In this document: positions 11,282 through 23,873 of the stretch, in pieces
Position numbering within the stretch: the first letter of the stretch is position 1
Layout of the letters: each line of letters opens with the position of its first letter
Assembly (NCBI RefSeq): GCF_001194135.2
Contig: NC_069004.1
Coordinates: forward strand, 22,208,313 to 22,272,312
Source: Octopus bimaculoides
Taxonomy: Eukaryota
Direction: 5' to 3'
Length of the DNA stretch: 64,000 nucleotides
Program-made: the position numbers and the translations under genes
The notes under the pieces: model-generated
The model's database searches: none
What the model was told of the DNA's origin: nothing
What the model saw: only the letters and a program-made list of their open reading frames with translations

Positions 11282-11904
11282 TTTTTATATAGTTAGTTGG
11301 ATATTGCATCAATTGGTTAATGTAGTTTTTTTGTTTTTTTTTTGGTAATCTACCATTTCCCCCATTTACCCTAAGAAAGTTGTCACAGAAGAACTTCAGC
11401 CACCAGTTCCTCCCTGTTACATAAGTAGTGGCCAATAAATCTCAGCTTGTACTTTCATATTGTCCCTTTGATATATGAAATGTTTTGGTGTACACCTACA
11501 TATAATTTATAAAAAAAGAACATCAGGATTAAATGGGGGCTATTTTATGTTTCATGTTTGGATCATAGAGTAATTGGATGAGTTGGTATAATATGCTGTG
11601 TACTCATAGTACACAACATACCATACAAGCTTGTTCCATTATTGTATGATCCAAGGAGGAAACTTATAATAATTTACATTTAAATTGTATTTTTGAAATA
11701 ATATTTATTTCTTGCTGGATGAAGTCCTTTTTTTTTTTTTTTTGACTCTACAAATAACAGAACAGTCCACAATATATATATATATATATATAGTTTTAGA
11801 GAAAATATATATTTCTAATTATAAACATAAACATAATATGGAAAGTGGTGTGAAGTGATGACAAGGTAAGGAAGAGAGAGAAAAGTGATAGGCAGTAAAA
11901 GGTC

Positions 11905-11966
<62 letters not shown>

Positions 11967-13153
11967 GGGGGGGGATAACAACAACAAGAAAAAGCAGGTA
12001 CTTGAGTGAATTGAAGCAAGAACAGCTTGCATGGTTGATTGGGCAAGATTGAAAGGATTCCATTAGAACAGCTAACACTCAAGAGAGATGAAGCTGGAAG
12101 AATATCATAATAGACAGTTGGCCATTGTGATTTTACAGAGAGAGAGAGAAGGAAAGAGTAGAGAAGAGATGAGAAAAAGAAGAGAGAGAGAGAGACAAAG
12201 ACAGAGAAAGGGTTATAGAGCAAGAGAGAATAGAGACGAGAGATTTTACAGAGCAGGGGAGAGAGAGAGAGAGAGAAGAGAGAAGAGAGATGATTATTTT
12301 ATGAGAAAAGCAGGTGGCTTTGGTTGAGGCAAGTTTTAGCAGTGTTGGTAACATGTGGTAATAATGGTTTATGGATTTTATGTTTGTTTGGATGCTCTTG
12401 TTGGTAACTGTTATTGGTTTTTGTAGCCCTAGGTCATAGGTCATATCTAATGGAGCAGATGAAACCAAATAAATGGTAACTATTGCTGCTGTTATAGTTA
12501 TTCATTCTCCACCCCACCAAGCCAGCCCTGATCCAATACCTTGGAGTGTGTTATCACTATACACCACCAGTGTAGTAATTTATTGCATTATGTATTATTG
12601 CTAGTGTGCGTATGTTAGAGAGTCTCATACATTACCAGATGTTACTAAGATGTCACTATTTGCTAATGTTGCTGTTGGTGGTGGTAGTGCTTATATGGTA
12701 GTTTAGCCCCAGGTAAACCATGACTGAGCAAACCTATGATCAAAAAAGCAGTCCTGCTAAGACCATCTCGCAACATTAAGCATGCTATGCGAACACTAAC
12801 TTAACTCTTGTCTCTCAGGTAGACAGCAACTCTAAATAACCCAGTACTAGATTATCCAATGAGTTCTTCCTTGTTTAATGTGTTGGCAATTTTGATATGA
12901 GGAGATTCAGCTGCTATTTCTAGTAGACTGAGTAATCATGGGATCTTTACCCTTTGGCAGGTAAAAATAATCATGTAGAAGCTGCCTCATTATCTCAATT
13001 TACTATTGTATTCATCATTATCATTGTTTTTACATCCAGTTTTTCCAGCTACAGGACATTGTTTATGCAGGACATGAACAAAAGTCACAGCTACCTAAGA
13101 AAAGACATGTGGAGATACACGTGCATGCACACATACAAACACACATGCACATA

Positions 13154-13199
<46 letters not shown>

Positions 13200-13254
13200 T
13201 CATCACCTTAGTTGCCATTTTTACATCTATTTTCCATGCTAATGATGATAATGT

Positions 13255-13640
13255 TTCAACAGTCACTGTCGACGATGACCAAAGATATCAGATGGGAGAG
13301 GGTGGGTCATAGTGCATTTGGTTGTGGCTGATCAGGTTGATGCATGCTCAGGTTCTACTGCAGGTCAAGCACTGGTGGTCTGCTGGGAATTAAGGAAAGG
13401 AGTTGGCTCTGGACCTGCACAGTTCACGTTTTCTTTGTGCTCCTGTGATCCTTTTTCTATTAGTAGGAGGTGGCACCTCTGTTGGTGCAGCTGTGCCAGG
13501 CAGGGTATTCCTGTGCCTGCATTTCCCAGATGTCAGGGGTAGATCTGAAAGCACTTCAGTGAGGCTCTGAGTGTATCTTTGAAGCACATTCTCTGCCCAC
13601 CTTGTGTGTGCTTGCCTTCTGCCAATTCACTGGTTTGAAA
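13255..13640 (-). mobile_element. RTE (BovB-like) LINE 3' fragment
   Basis: Frameshifted translation EGKHTQGGQRMCFKDTLRASLKCF...DIWE..AQ..PAW...KRITGAQRKRELCRSRANS...HQCLTCSRT..INLISH. This is the G.R..GGQ.KRFKDTLK motif plus the terminal C2H2-like motif of RTE/BovB. Confidence 0.85.
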
Positions 13641-14166
13641 TGGTCACTGCTGCTCTCCCAGATGGGTCAGAGATTACATATTCCTCAAAAGATTAACTTT
13701 TGGTTTGTTTTCTATGACTGGATGCCTTTCCTAATGCCAACCATTTTATAGAATGTGCTACATTTTATTGCTGCACTTAAACTAAAGGATGATGAGGTTC
13801 CTCAAGTATATCTCTTAAGATGGTGAGAGAACTAGGGTGATAAAGATAAGAGAGAGAAGGGAAGAATGTTGGGAAGAGGGCTAGGCAGATCCCATGGAAA
13901 CAATGTACAGTGGATCAAAGAGATCCTTAATTACATCAGCAGCATAATACAGTAAGTGTGAAAAGAGCAGACAGTGGTCAAGGGATGAGTAATTAAGGTA
14001 AGGGAAAAAGATAGATGGGTGACAATAGCATGGCTGATTGACAGGTGAGTGATAAGAGGGACAAAAGAGGTGAGTGATAGGGGTTTTAGAGGGATGAGAT
14101 TCTATAAAGAAAGCCAAAGATGTAGCCTTGACAGTATGTATAAACACATACCTACACACATACACA

Positions 14167-14231
<65 letters not shown>

Positions 14232-14362
14232 ATACATGTTCATACAGACATATACCTGAAGGTATATGCCTATGAATAAACATACACACACACATATATA
14301 TAAACACACACACATACAAATATGGACTTCCATATAGTTTCTGTGTATCAAGTTTCACTTAC

Positions 14363-14483
14363 AAGGCATTGAGGGTGAAATCATGAGGCTAAAGAAGAAA
14401 ACACTTTCTCAAGATGCCACAGAATGAGATCAAACTCAAAACAACCTGGATGCGAAGCAGATTTCTTCACCTCACAACAATAT
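14363..14483 (-). other. Candidate exon (unique sequence bounded by splice sites)
   Basis: cgcttgcag| ... cctt|GTAAGT, 121 nt. The longest frame YCCEVKKSASHPGCFEFDLILWHLEKVFSSLAS* ends in a stop, and I recognise no homology. Confidence 0.2.
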
Positions 14484-15214
14484 CTGCAAGCGTATTTTAT
14501 GTGTAATGCAGTTGTTATATAAAATGTGCATACACCATATTTGTAACTGGGGATACAAAAAAAAAAAAAAAGAATCGTGTAAATATAACTGCAACAAAGA
14601 CAATAACAATTAATTGTTCCCAATGTAATCTATATTTCAGTTAAAAGCAATACAATGCTTCTACTACTACTTCTAGTACTACTACTACTACAAACCATAA
14701 TTTATCATGTAGCCATGAGATTCACCAATGTACATGTTGATTGATGAATGTGGTTCGTTGAGAAAAAAGGAAGAGAAACCCTTTGATGCCGGCAGAAACA
14801 ATAACAGCTCAACAAATTTCTTTGACCTCATCCCTTTGAGTTCTGTCCATTAATTATGGCTTCATTATCTCCATCTAGTTACATCGCCTAGGTAACAGAA
14901 CATTTTCTACAACCAATGGAACAGTCCATGGTTTCTTCAGTTTATTCATTTATTTTTATTATACTGTATTTTGTGAAGAATAGCACTGCTGGTTTTATAC
15001 TTCCAAGGGGCCACTCACTTGTGCACTATATTTATGATGCTAAGATTGATATATGAACTTTTGTGTAACATAGTCAGAATTAATAAAACTGGGTATGTTA
15101 ATTCGAAAGCACTAGTTTATTGTCAAAAAATGACAATGTATTTACATATTTCACAAGATATACTAATGATACACACTAAAGAAAGATATACACATACCTA
15201 TATTATTAATCAGA

Positions 15215-15425
15215 CAAGATTTTATAGTTTCAAATTTCAGCTGATATAGGGATGGAAAACAGCCAAAAGAAATGTTTGTATTTGATTGTTGAATGTGGAA
15301 AATCATTTTCCCAAATGCAAAATCTATGCAACAATGGTCTTCCTATCTCTCCTGTTCCACACAAAGAATGCTACAAATATCTAGGCAATGATAAAAACAT
15401 ACCATATGAAGGTACTGTGAATAAA
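15215..15425 (+). mobile_element. Non-LTR RT fragment, R4/Dong-like
   Basis: FSADIGME..KKCLYLIVECGK...ECYKYLGNDKNIPYEGTVNK matches RT motifs 6-7 (DIGM.FG..KC, YKYLG). The clade assignment is inference. Confidence 0.7.
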
Positions 15426-15439
15426 GTGATATGGACTCA

Positions 15440-16240
15440 AGACTGCTACATCACATCAGTTTGTGTTGTTGACAGCAGAGCTCTTGAAATTTTTTTAGCA
15501 TTGAACTGCATGTTGTTTTCTTCAGCCCACTTATAAACTGCATTTAGGTCTTTCTGTAGTCTTGTGTTATCATGAAGCTTCTTCACTGCTAGTGATACTT
15601 TTGTATGTATCATCAGCATAGCTCACAAGAGTAGCTGACTGTTATGTTGAGAGCATGTCTAAGAGAGCCACTACAGACAATAACTTGAAAACAATGTTTC
15701 CTCTAAAAGAGCATTGTTAGCTGCAACTTCCTGACTCCTTTTAAAAAGTCATGCAATCACCGTTACTTTTCCAAATATCCAAGTTACACAGTGTGTGACA
15801 TCATTCCATGATAAACTTTATCAAAGGCCTTCACCAAGTCAAGATATAGCACATCCACATTTACATGATCAAGCTATTGTTTCAGTACCCCGTTGTAATG
15901 CTGTAGTAGCTGTGCGAGGATGGAAGCCATGCTACATGTCAGTGAGCAGGCCATTTATAGCTAGGAATATGATCAGCTTCCTTCTGACAATGCATTCCAT
16001 GACTTTTCTGATGTGTGACAGTCAGAGAAATAGGTTGTAATTTTTGGCATCTGCTCTACCTCCTCTATAGATAGGTCAAATTTTGCCTTCTTTTAACATT
16101 TTGGGAAGTTAACCACATGCAAGAACACTTTGAAAAAGTATCTACAGTGGTTTTGCCAAAGCTTTCTTGCATGTCTTAAAAGGAATCATTCAATAATCTA
16201 CTTCTACATATGTGAGAAGCAAAGGCAAGGTGACCAGAAA
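15440..16240 (-). mobile_element. CR1/Jockey-group LINE reverse transcriptase relic
   Basis: Frameshifted motifs PISLT, VDVLYLDLVKAFDKV, SYADDT and LQKDLNAVYKWAEENNMQFNAKKFQ. Confidence 0.9.
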
Positions 16241-16520
16241 CTATTTCAAATACAGGTTTTATATCAGATGCTTCTAAATGCTTCTAATAAATAAATATTA
16301 ACAGTCAATAGGGGGTTTGATCTTGGAGTTTCTTTCCAAATGGTTTTCCTGAGTGCCCATGGGATGAATAATCCCTCACCACACACTAAACTAATATTTA
16401 CCTCCAACATAAACAAGAAACAAGCATATATATANNNNNNNNNNNNNNNNNNNNNNNNNNNNNNNNNNNNNNNNNNNNNNNNNNNNNNNNNNNNNNNNNN
16501 NNNNNNNNNNNNNNNNTATA

Positions 16521-16567
<47 letters not shown>

Positions 16568-18124
16568 TTTAGCATTCATATTACTCTATCAAATGTAATG
16601 CTTATTTATTAACATTGTTTTAAACTAATCATGCATTATCTCCCAACCTTGAGATATCAATGATGTGATTGTTTAAGTTTTAGAATGGCATTGTAGGATA
16701 GGTGTGAAAGGCCAGATCTGGCTGGTTTGAACATAAAACAGACAGAATATTTTGACCAGGTAAGGCTAGTTTGAATGCTACAATGTTAATGGACATTTCC
16801 TTCATTAGCTTCTCAACTGATGAAGGTACCTCCCAAATATACTGCCCTCATTCCACAATTACTCCCTACCTCCAGTAGTACCAAGTATTATTAAATGATA
16901 CTGCCAGAGAATGTTTTCTGGAAGGCAGAGAAAGCCAAATATTTAAATCCACTCCCACCATCTATCTGTTACTTCCACACTTCCTTAACATCCAGGAATC
17001 TTTATAAGAAATATCTCTACCAACACCACCACAAAATACTCATGCACAAAAAAAGTTGGAAAGAAAAGAAAGCCCTAAGAAAGTCTGCTATTCTAATTAC
17101 CAATCTTTCTTTTACAAATAAATTCATCTTACATCCATCTGTCTCCTACGATTAGGAAAATTAATTTTTATAAAAGGAAGAAAAAAGATGTGAAAAATTC
17201 TGAAGAAAATATGAAAATCTCTACAAATGGATTTAAAAATATAAAATGTTACAGTTAAATAGGAAATATTTTATTTAAGAATTTTATATTTGATATTGAT
17301 CAGTTAAGAATATATAGTGGTGGCAGTGGTGATAGGTGGATGCATGTCAGTATATACTTGTGGGGTGTGTGTGTGTGTGTGCATGTAAATATCCAGAGTG
17401 AAGTATGAGTCAATGACTGTTAATATGTTAAATTTGAGTTTTTTTTAGAGTGTGCATGTGTGTGTAAGAGAATGTAACTGGGCATGATTATCTGTGCTTG
17501 TGATCATGTGAATATCTTTGAGGGAGAGAAAGAGAGAGAGAGCAGAGGAGAAATAAATATAGAAAAGAAAAACAAAACTAAAGATGAGGAAAAAAATGTT
17601 AAAAAAACATCTATAAAGAATCTATGAAAAGAATTCAATGGATGTTGAAAGTTGAAACAGGTTTTAAAATAGAATGGAGACATCTCCCTGTCTTACCCCT
17701 CCCATGTACACAGAGCAAAAACTAACAAAAACACGGATTAAATCAAATGGGCAAATAATGGACCCTAAAAGTAAAAAGGAAAAAAATCATTGCTTCAACT
17801 GGTATTTTTATATAAAATTATTGATTATTATGTTAAAATGTTGTCAAAGTTTTTGATGTGAGTCTTTCTTCTAGATTTATCTCATTTGAGCTCATTGTAA
17901 AATAAGGTTTTCTATTTCTCTTTCTCTCTAATTCTCACACACACACACACCAATAAGGACAAAATACAGTTAAAAAAAAGGACCTAAAGAGAAAATTAAC
18001 AGATGTTAATCAAACAACCAGGAATGGTACACAAAACAAAGACAGATCTACATGACAACATGACTTGCTAGAAACAAGACAGATTTCCCTCAAATTATAC
18101 AGACTATTGTCAATATATATTATT

Positions 18125-18290
18125 GTCATCATTTAATGTTTGTCTTCCATGTTGGTATGAGTTGGATGGTTTCAGAGGAGCTGGTAATGCCAGGGGCCAC
18201 ACCAGGCTCCACTGTCTGTTCTGGCATGGTTTCTACAGCTGGAAGCCCTTCCTAATGTCAACCATTTTAGAGAGTGTAGTGAGGAGTAAA
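18125..18290 (-). mobile_element. RTE LINE 3' tail fragment
   Basis: Matches the tcatcatttaac.tccg.tttccatgc...ggttgga terminus of 51717. Other tails at 48240-48468(+), 50803-50995(-), 53330-53483(-) and 62005-62205(+). Confidence 0.8.
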
Positions 18291-18534
18291 AGCAATAACA
18301 ATGATGTTTTTCGGGACCCCTTCCCCATGACTGTTGAAGGAAATTGTTTTCAGACCAGAGACCTGGCCTGAATTCTTGCATCAGAAGGGTCTTTGCTAAA
18401 GGCAGTAAAGGGTTAGGTGGTTGTGGTAAACTATGTAACAGATCAACCCTTTTGATACCAGCCTGCCTGAGATTGCCCCATAATCCAAGCTTGCTTTTTT
18501 AATCCTCCAAATAAATACCAAAGTTTACTCTGTG

Positions 18535-18905
18535 GGCATGGTTGTGTAGTTAAGTAGTTTGCTTTGCAATCACATAATTTCAGGTTCAGTTTCATTGTGT
18601 AGCACCTGAGTACCATAGCCCCAGGCCAACCAATGCCTTGTGAATGAATTTGGTAAATGGAAACTGTGTAGAAACCTGTCATGTGTGTCTGTGCATGCCT
18701 GCCTTTATGTTTGTGTTTATCCCTCCACTGCTTAACAACCAGTATTGGTTTGTTTATGTCCCTATATCTTAGCAGTCTGGCAAAAGAGATTGACAGAATA
18801 AGTACAAGACTTAATATTAAGTACTGGGGGTGATTAGTTCAAGTTAAAACCCTCAAGGCAGTTCCCCAGCATGGCCACAGTCCAATGACTGAAACAAGTA
18901 AAAGA
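18535..18905 (+). mobile_element. SINE type A, diverged full length
   Basis: Head, TG-rich linker and tail as in 3881-4277. Confidence 0.85.
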
Positions 18906-19196
18906 AAGTCAAAGAATTTAATCATTATTAATCAAATTTCTAATGAAATACATTATCCAGTGTTTCAATTAATTTTTAGAATAATCATCAAATAGTTTTT
19001 ACCAATTAATCAAAGGAGGAAAGGCAGCATCTGTCTTTTCCTAGAAGTATATAAGCAGATAAACTTCATATTTATCCTGTTTTCATTCCTTCATAAAGTG
19101 ATACCAGATATGTATTAAAGGTTGATTCAGTAAACCCCAACTTCTATCCAGCTTCAAAAGTTTGGTCTTGTGTGAATGTGTTAAATTTTATTGTTT

Positions 19197-19327
19197 TTAT
19201 ATATTCTTTTTTCTTTGGTTGGTCTGGAGGAAGGGGTTATGCTCATGAACTTTGATCTTTGCAGGCCTTCTGAGGTCATTGAGGTTGATGTTGTTATTGT
19301 TGTGTTTAAACTGTTGCAAGTCAGGAT
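19197..19327 (-). CDS. Candidate terminal coding exon of an unidentified minus-strand gene
   Basis: Acceptor ctcatgtctttcctgcag|AT, then the phase-1 open frame PDLQQFKHNNNNINLNDLRRPAKIKVHEHNPFLQTNQRKKNI*, with AATAAA a few nt after the stop. The sequence is non-repetitive and the antisense frame is also open. Confidence 0.45.
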
Positions 19328-20086
19328 CTGCAGGAAAGACATGAGCAGTGCAGAGATTCCAGGGAGACAGAGTTCTTGGAAGGAAAGACTGGGAAAGGAG
19401 ATTAGTACAGGGTGTGGGAGAGTGGACACAACAAAGGTAGTGAAAGGTGAAAAGACAAGAGGGTCAGGAGTGCCTAGTGGCGAAGATATAAGACAAGTCA
19501 GCAACTAAGAACAGAAGCTATTATAGCAGTAATAGAAATAATAGAGTGTGGAGACATCACAGCTGTGGGTGTATATCTGTGGTTAGATTGATGGAATCAG
19601 TAAAGCAATACCTTGAAATACCTTGGGGTATTTGATTATGACTCTTTATGTTCAGGTTCAAATCACTCCAAGGTCAACTGTCATCCTTCCAGTACATGCA
19701 GGTGTGTTTGCATGTTTAAGGAGTTTGCTTTAAATACCACCATATGACCAAGTCAACCGAAACCCTGTGCATGAAATTTGGTAGAGAGAAACTTGTGCAG
19801 GAGCCCATCAGAGGATACTTTCTTATTCTTGAGTGGTAAACTTAATTCATCACTCAGTTGAAACACCACAACTTTTGGTTCCTTTTCCCAGTGTCCACTC
19901 TTTTGCAGGCATCTGGGCTAGGTCTGGTCTGAAGACAACTTCCTTCTTCCCAACATTTATAGAAACCCTAAAAATAATCATGGGCATTGCCCTTCCTCCT
20001 CTGATCAAGCCATTAAAAAATATACCCTTTGTGAAGTATTGGGTAAAATATAATTTTATACAACAATTTTTATCCCTTACTTTAAG

Positions 20087-20190
20087 GAGGTAAGGCTGCA
20101 TTCAGAGACCTTTTCAGAGACCCTGAGAGTGGGAGAGGGAAGAAAGTTATCATCCTCAGTGTGGAGTTATGGCCTAAACATTTGCTAAAG
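20087..20190 (+). CDS. Weak candidate internal exon
   Basis: tttttatcccttactttaag|GA...CTAAAG|gtacat, with open frame GKAAFRDLFRDPESGRGKKVIILSVELWPKHLLK. No recognised homology, and it conflicts in strand with the 19197 candidate. Confidence 0.2.
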
Positions 20191-20867
20191 GTACATAATG
20201 GCCAGGTGATAGTGTTAAACCAAGCAATGAAACAAAAAATTTGGAGGAGTTTAGTAAAATAATTTCTCATTATCAAACTGGAATTTGGAATATAATTTGA
20301 CAAAAAGTGGCTTAAACTTAACTATGAGCATTAAAATAGACAGTGAGAAGGCCATTTGGACATAGAAGACTGCCTCTTATCCCACTTATGTTACCATGAA
20401 AAGAAACATAAAAACTATATCAATGATAATCAATAACATCAGATATTTTCTCTTTCCTCCATTTTTGCTTGTTTACTCAGCTTTTAGTTTCACGAGCTAT
20501 ACCTCTCCAACTTCCACTTAAAATGTAGATTAAAACTTAAGACTGCACCAACAAACACTAATCAGCAACATATCTAAATGCCTCATTTGGTGAAAATGTT
20601 TAACGCATACCAAACGAGTAAATGAACCCCACCCTAAAAAAAAAAAGAAGTCTTTGATAAAAAAAGAAAAGCAGCTAGATCGGAAGANNNNNNNNNNCCA
20701 AAAAACTTGTAAAGACAGAAGGAAAGAAATGTCACTAACTAAAACTTTTGAATTGCCATTCCCTCTTAGAAAATTCCAAACGTTACTGGTTTCAGGAATT
20801 CCTATTTTGCTCCTTCTACATCCATGAAAACAAAACAACTAATAATAATAATAATAATAATAATAAT

Positions 20868-21448
20868 GTTTCTTTATTGGCCACAAGGGCTGAACACAAA
20901 ACAAATAGGGACAATACAAAACTGGGGACACATGGGGTTTAACACAAAAATTGAGTAAACAATAAAATAACAATTACAATTAAACAATAAAATTTCCCAA
21001 AAGGGGAAGTTCCTCATGGGGACAACCGAGGAACCCCACACATTCTGGTTGTCCTGACCGCCAGATGCACCTCAGTAGGCACCTCTCTCCTTTTCAACTC
21101 ATCCAATTTACAAACAAAAGTTCAGAGTATGCCCACTCACACAGGCTGTCCTCTCCACATTGCACCCACCTTTCAACAAATTTACTGGAGGGCAGAACTT
21201 CCCTCTCTACTCTCACTTTCCTTTTCAAGTGGAACTTGAAAAAGTCAATGTAGGTTTGGCCAAAGAGAGAAGTATCTGTCTTCAGTCCTTTCAATCTCAT
21301 CCACCACACTACCTCTTTCACCATAGCCACCAGACAGAGAAAAAACCGCCTTTCCTTCCTGGCCAAAGAAGGCAGCAGGGCAATCTTTACGATGGACTCA
21401 GCTGATAACCGGATCTGTCCTACACATGATAACAGCTGTTCAACAAAT
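20868..21448 (-). mobile_element. Tx1/L1-clade LINE, 5'-truncated 3' end
   Basis: FVEQLLSCVGQIRLSAESIVKI...FLCLVAMVKEVVWWMRLKGLKTDTSLFGQTYIDFFKFHLKRKVRVEREVLPSSKFVERW resembles a Tx1 ORF2 C-terminus. The 3' UTR ends aataaagaaac, and (ATT)n flanks both sides. Confidence 0.8.
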
Positions 21449-21471
21449 ATAATAATAATAATTATTATTAT

Positions 21472-22680
21472 TTCAAATTTTTGCCCCCAAGGGCAGCTTG
21501 GGAGAGGGGATTAAGTCGATTACATCAACCCCAATGTGTAACTGGTACTTATTTAATTGACTCCAAAAGGATGAGAGGCAAAGTTGACCTCGGCAGAATT
21601 TGAACTTAGAATATAAAAACAGACAAAAGGCCACTAACCATTTTGTCTGAGATACCAACTTAGCTTGCTACCTAATAATTCTTTCTACTACAGACTGTTC
21701 AACAGGTACTTATTTTAACTTCTAAAGGATGAAAGACAAAACCAACCTCAACAGGATTTGAACTCAGAACGTAGTGAGTCAGAAGAAATACCACTAAGCG
21801 TTTTGTTTGATGTGCTATTGATTCTACCAGCTGGCCACCAACAATGATGAAGATTCCAAGTTTTGGCACAAGGTCAGCAATTTTGGAGAGGAGGTAAGTT
21901 GATAACATCAACCCTAGTGCTTGACTGGTACTTATTTTATCAACCCAGAAAAGATGAAAGGCAAAGTTGACCTTGGTGGACTTTGAATTCAGAAAGTAAT
22001 GTTGGAAGAAATGCTGCACAGCATTTCATCCAACATGCCACATTTAATAATAATGATGATGATGATGATGTTGATTTTAAATTTAAGCATAAGGCCAGCA
22101 GTTCCGAGGGGAGGGTATTAGTTGATATCATCAAACCCAGTACTTGACTTTTGTTTTATTAACTCTGGTGTGACGGATTGACAAAAGACAAAGTTGATCT
22201 CAGAAAAATTTGCACTCAGAAGATAAAGAGCCAAAACAAATACCACATGATATTTTTTCGGTTTTTTTAACACCAACAATTCTGTTAATCTACTACCATA
22301 GGCACAACACCTCAAATTTGGGAGAGAGGGGTTAGTTGCTTACATCAACCTCAGTATTTGACTGGTATTTGATCTTATCAACTCCGGAATGTTGAAAGAT
22401 AGAGCTGACCCTAGTAAAATTTCAGCTTGAAATGTAAAATGGACATAAACTAAATGCTAAGAGGGGAATATATAGTTCAAATTTACAGGAAATAAAAGAT
22501 GAAGACAAGTGTAGGAACAACAAGCAAGTGTATTAGTTCAACACTCTGGAAGAATCAAAAAGTCTTTTATGTTTCGAGCCTACAGTCTTCAACAGAAAGG
22601 ATTAAGAGAGTAAAAAAAAGAGAGAAAAAATGTATAGGGATTAATGGTTCAACGTGATGAAATAACCAGAAGAAAGAAGC

Positions 22681-22726
<46 letters not shown>

Positions 22727-22960
22727 CATATATATATCAGTTTCAAATTTTGGCACAAGGCCAGCAATTTTAAGCAGGGGGGTGGTTTAGTTGATTACAC
22801 CAACATTGGTGCTCAACTGGCACTTAATTTTATCAACCCCAAAAGAATGAAAGGCAAAGCTGACCTCAACGGAATTTGAGCTAGGAACATAAAGAGCCAG
22901 ATGAAAATTATGTTGAGTATTTTAACTGGTGCACAAACAATTCTGCCAGTCCACCACCTG
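21472..22960 (-). mobile_element. Cluster of six co-oriented SINE type C copies
   Basis: Cores at ~21476, 21695, 21858, 22082, 22305 and 22742, separated by short AAT/GAT-rich spacers and one (TA)n block. Confidence 0.85.
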
Positions 22961-23842
22961 AACAACAACGACGATGGCGATAACGGTGATGATGACGGCA
23001 ACGACGTAAGGCTCATTAGTGAGGCTCATTAGTGAGGTTCCAGTTCAGGAGATCTGGAGTTGTGGGAAGTGTGGAATCACCCCTTAACTCTCATAACTCC
23101 CAGGTCCATTCTGTTTTGAAACAGTAGTACCCGTTAGGCTCCCATTAATAAGTTAAATAGATTTTCCTGAGGTAGAGGAGGCTCCCAATATTGTTTGACA
23201 AAGCTATGGGGAAAGTAGCTCTTGTAGGAGAAAGATATTCCAAAATAAAGCTTGTAGTTAAAATAGAACCAGTCATCTTGCAATGCTTGTCATTGGAACC
23301 TGCTATAGTGATTGAGAGAGAGCCAAATGTGTTGTACAAGCTTTTGTCACTTAAATCCAATAACATACAGGTGCCTCACTATCATGTCATTGCTTTGTCC
23401 ATTTTGTATTCTATAAAGTCCTATGGTGATGAAATGCAGCATGAAAAGTGATATTCATACATGTGTAAGGATAAAAGTAAATCAGAACAGTCTGGATGTT
23501 GTAAGACAGCTATCATTTGACAAGATGAAGCAATCATCATGTATGTATATATATATATGGATTTATCCATTCAGTCATTTATTTAATGTGTTTCTCCATA
23601 TTAGCATGGGTAAGATGTGAAAGTAATTGAGGCAGTATTTTTACTGCCCAGATGCTCTTCCTGTTGCAAATCCTTGTGTCTGTCTGGTAAAAGGCTTTTA
23701 CTCCAGAGGAATATTCAGAGCAAGTAACAATTTGTTGACATTTCCTGTCAACAAATCTCACCAGTCTCAGCAGAGATACAAGGCATAATGCTTTGTGACA
23801 TTTGTATCTGAATATCAATGCAGATTATACAAATTGAGAAGT

Positions 23843-23873
<31 letters not shown>

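Noticed and set aside
23145-23451. Overlapping 73-aa and 86-aa ORFs on opposite strands
   Set aside because: No recognisable motifs and no consistent splice-site pair.
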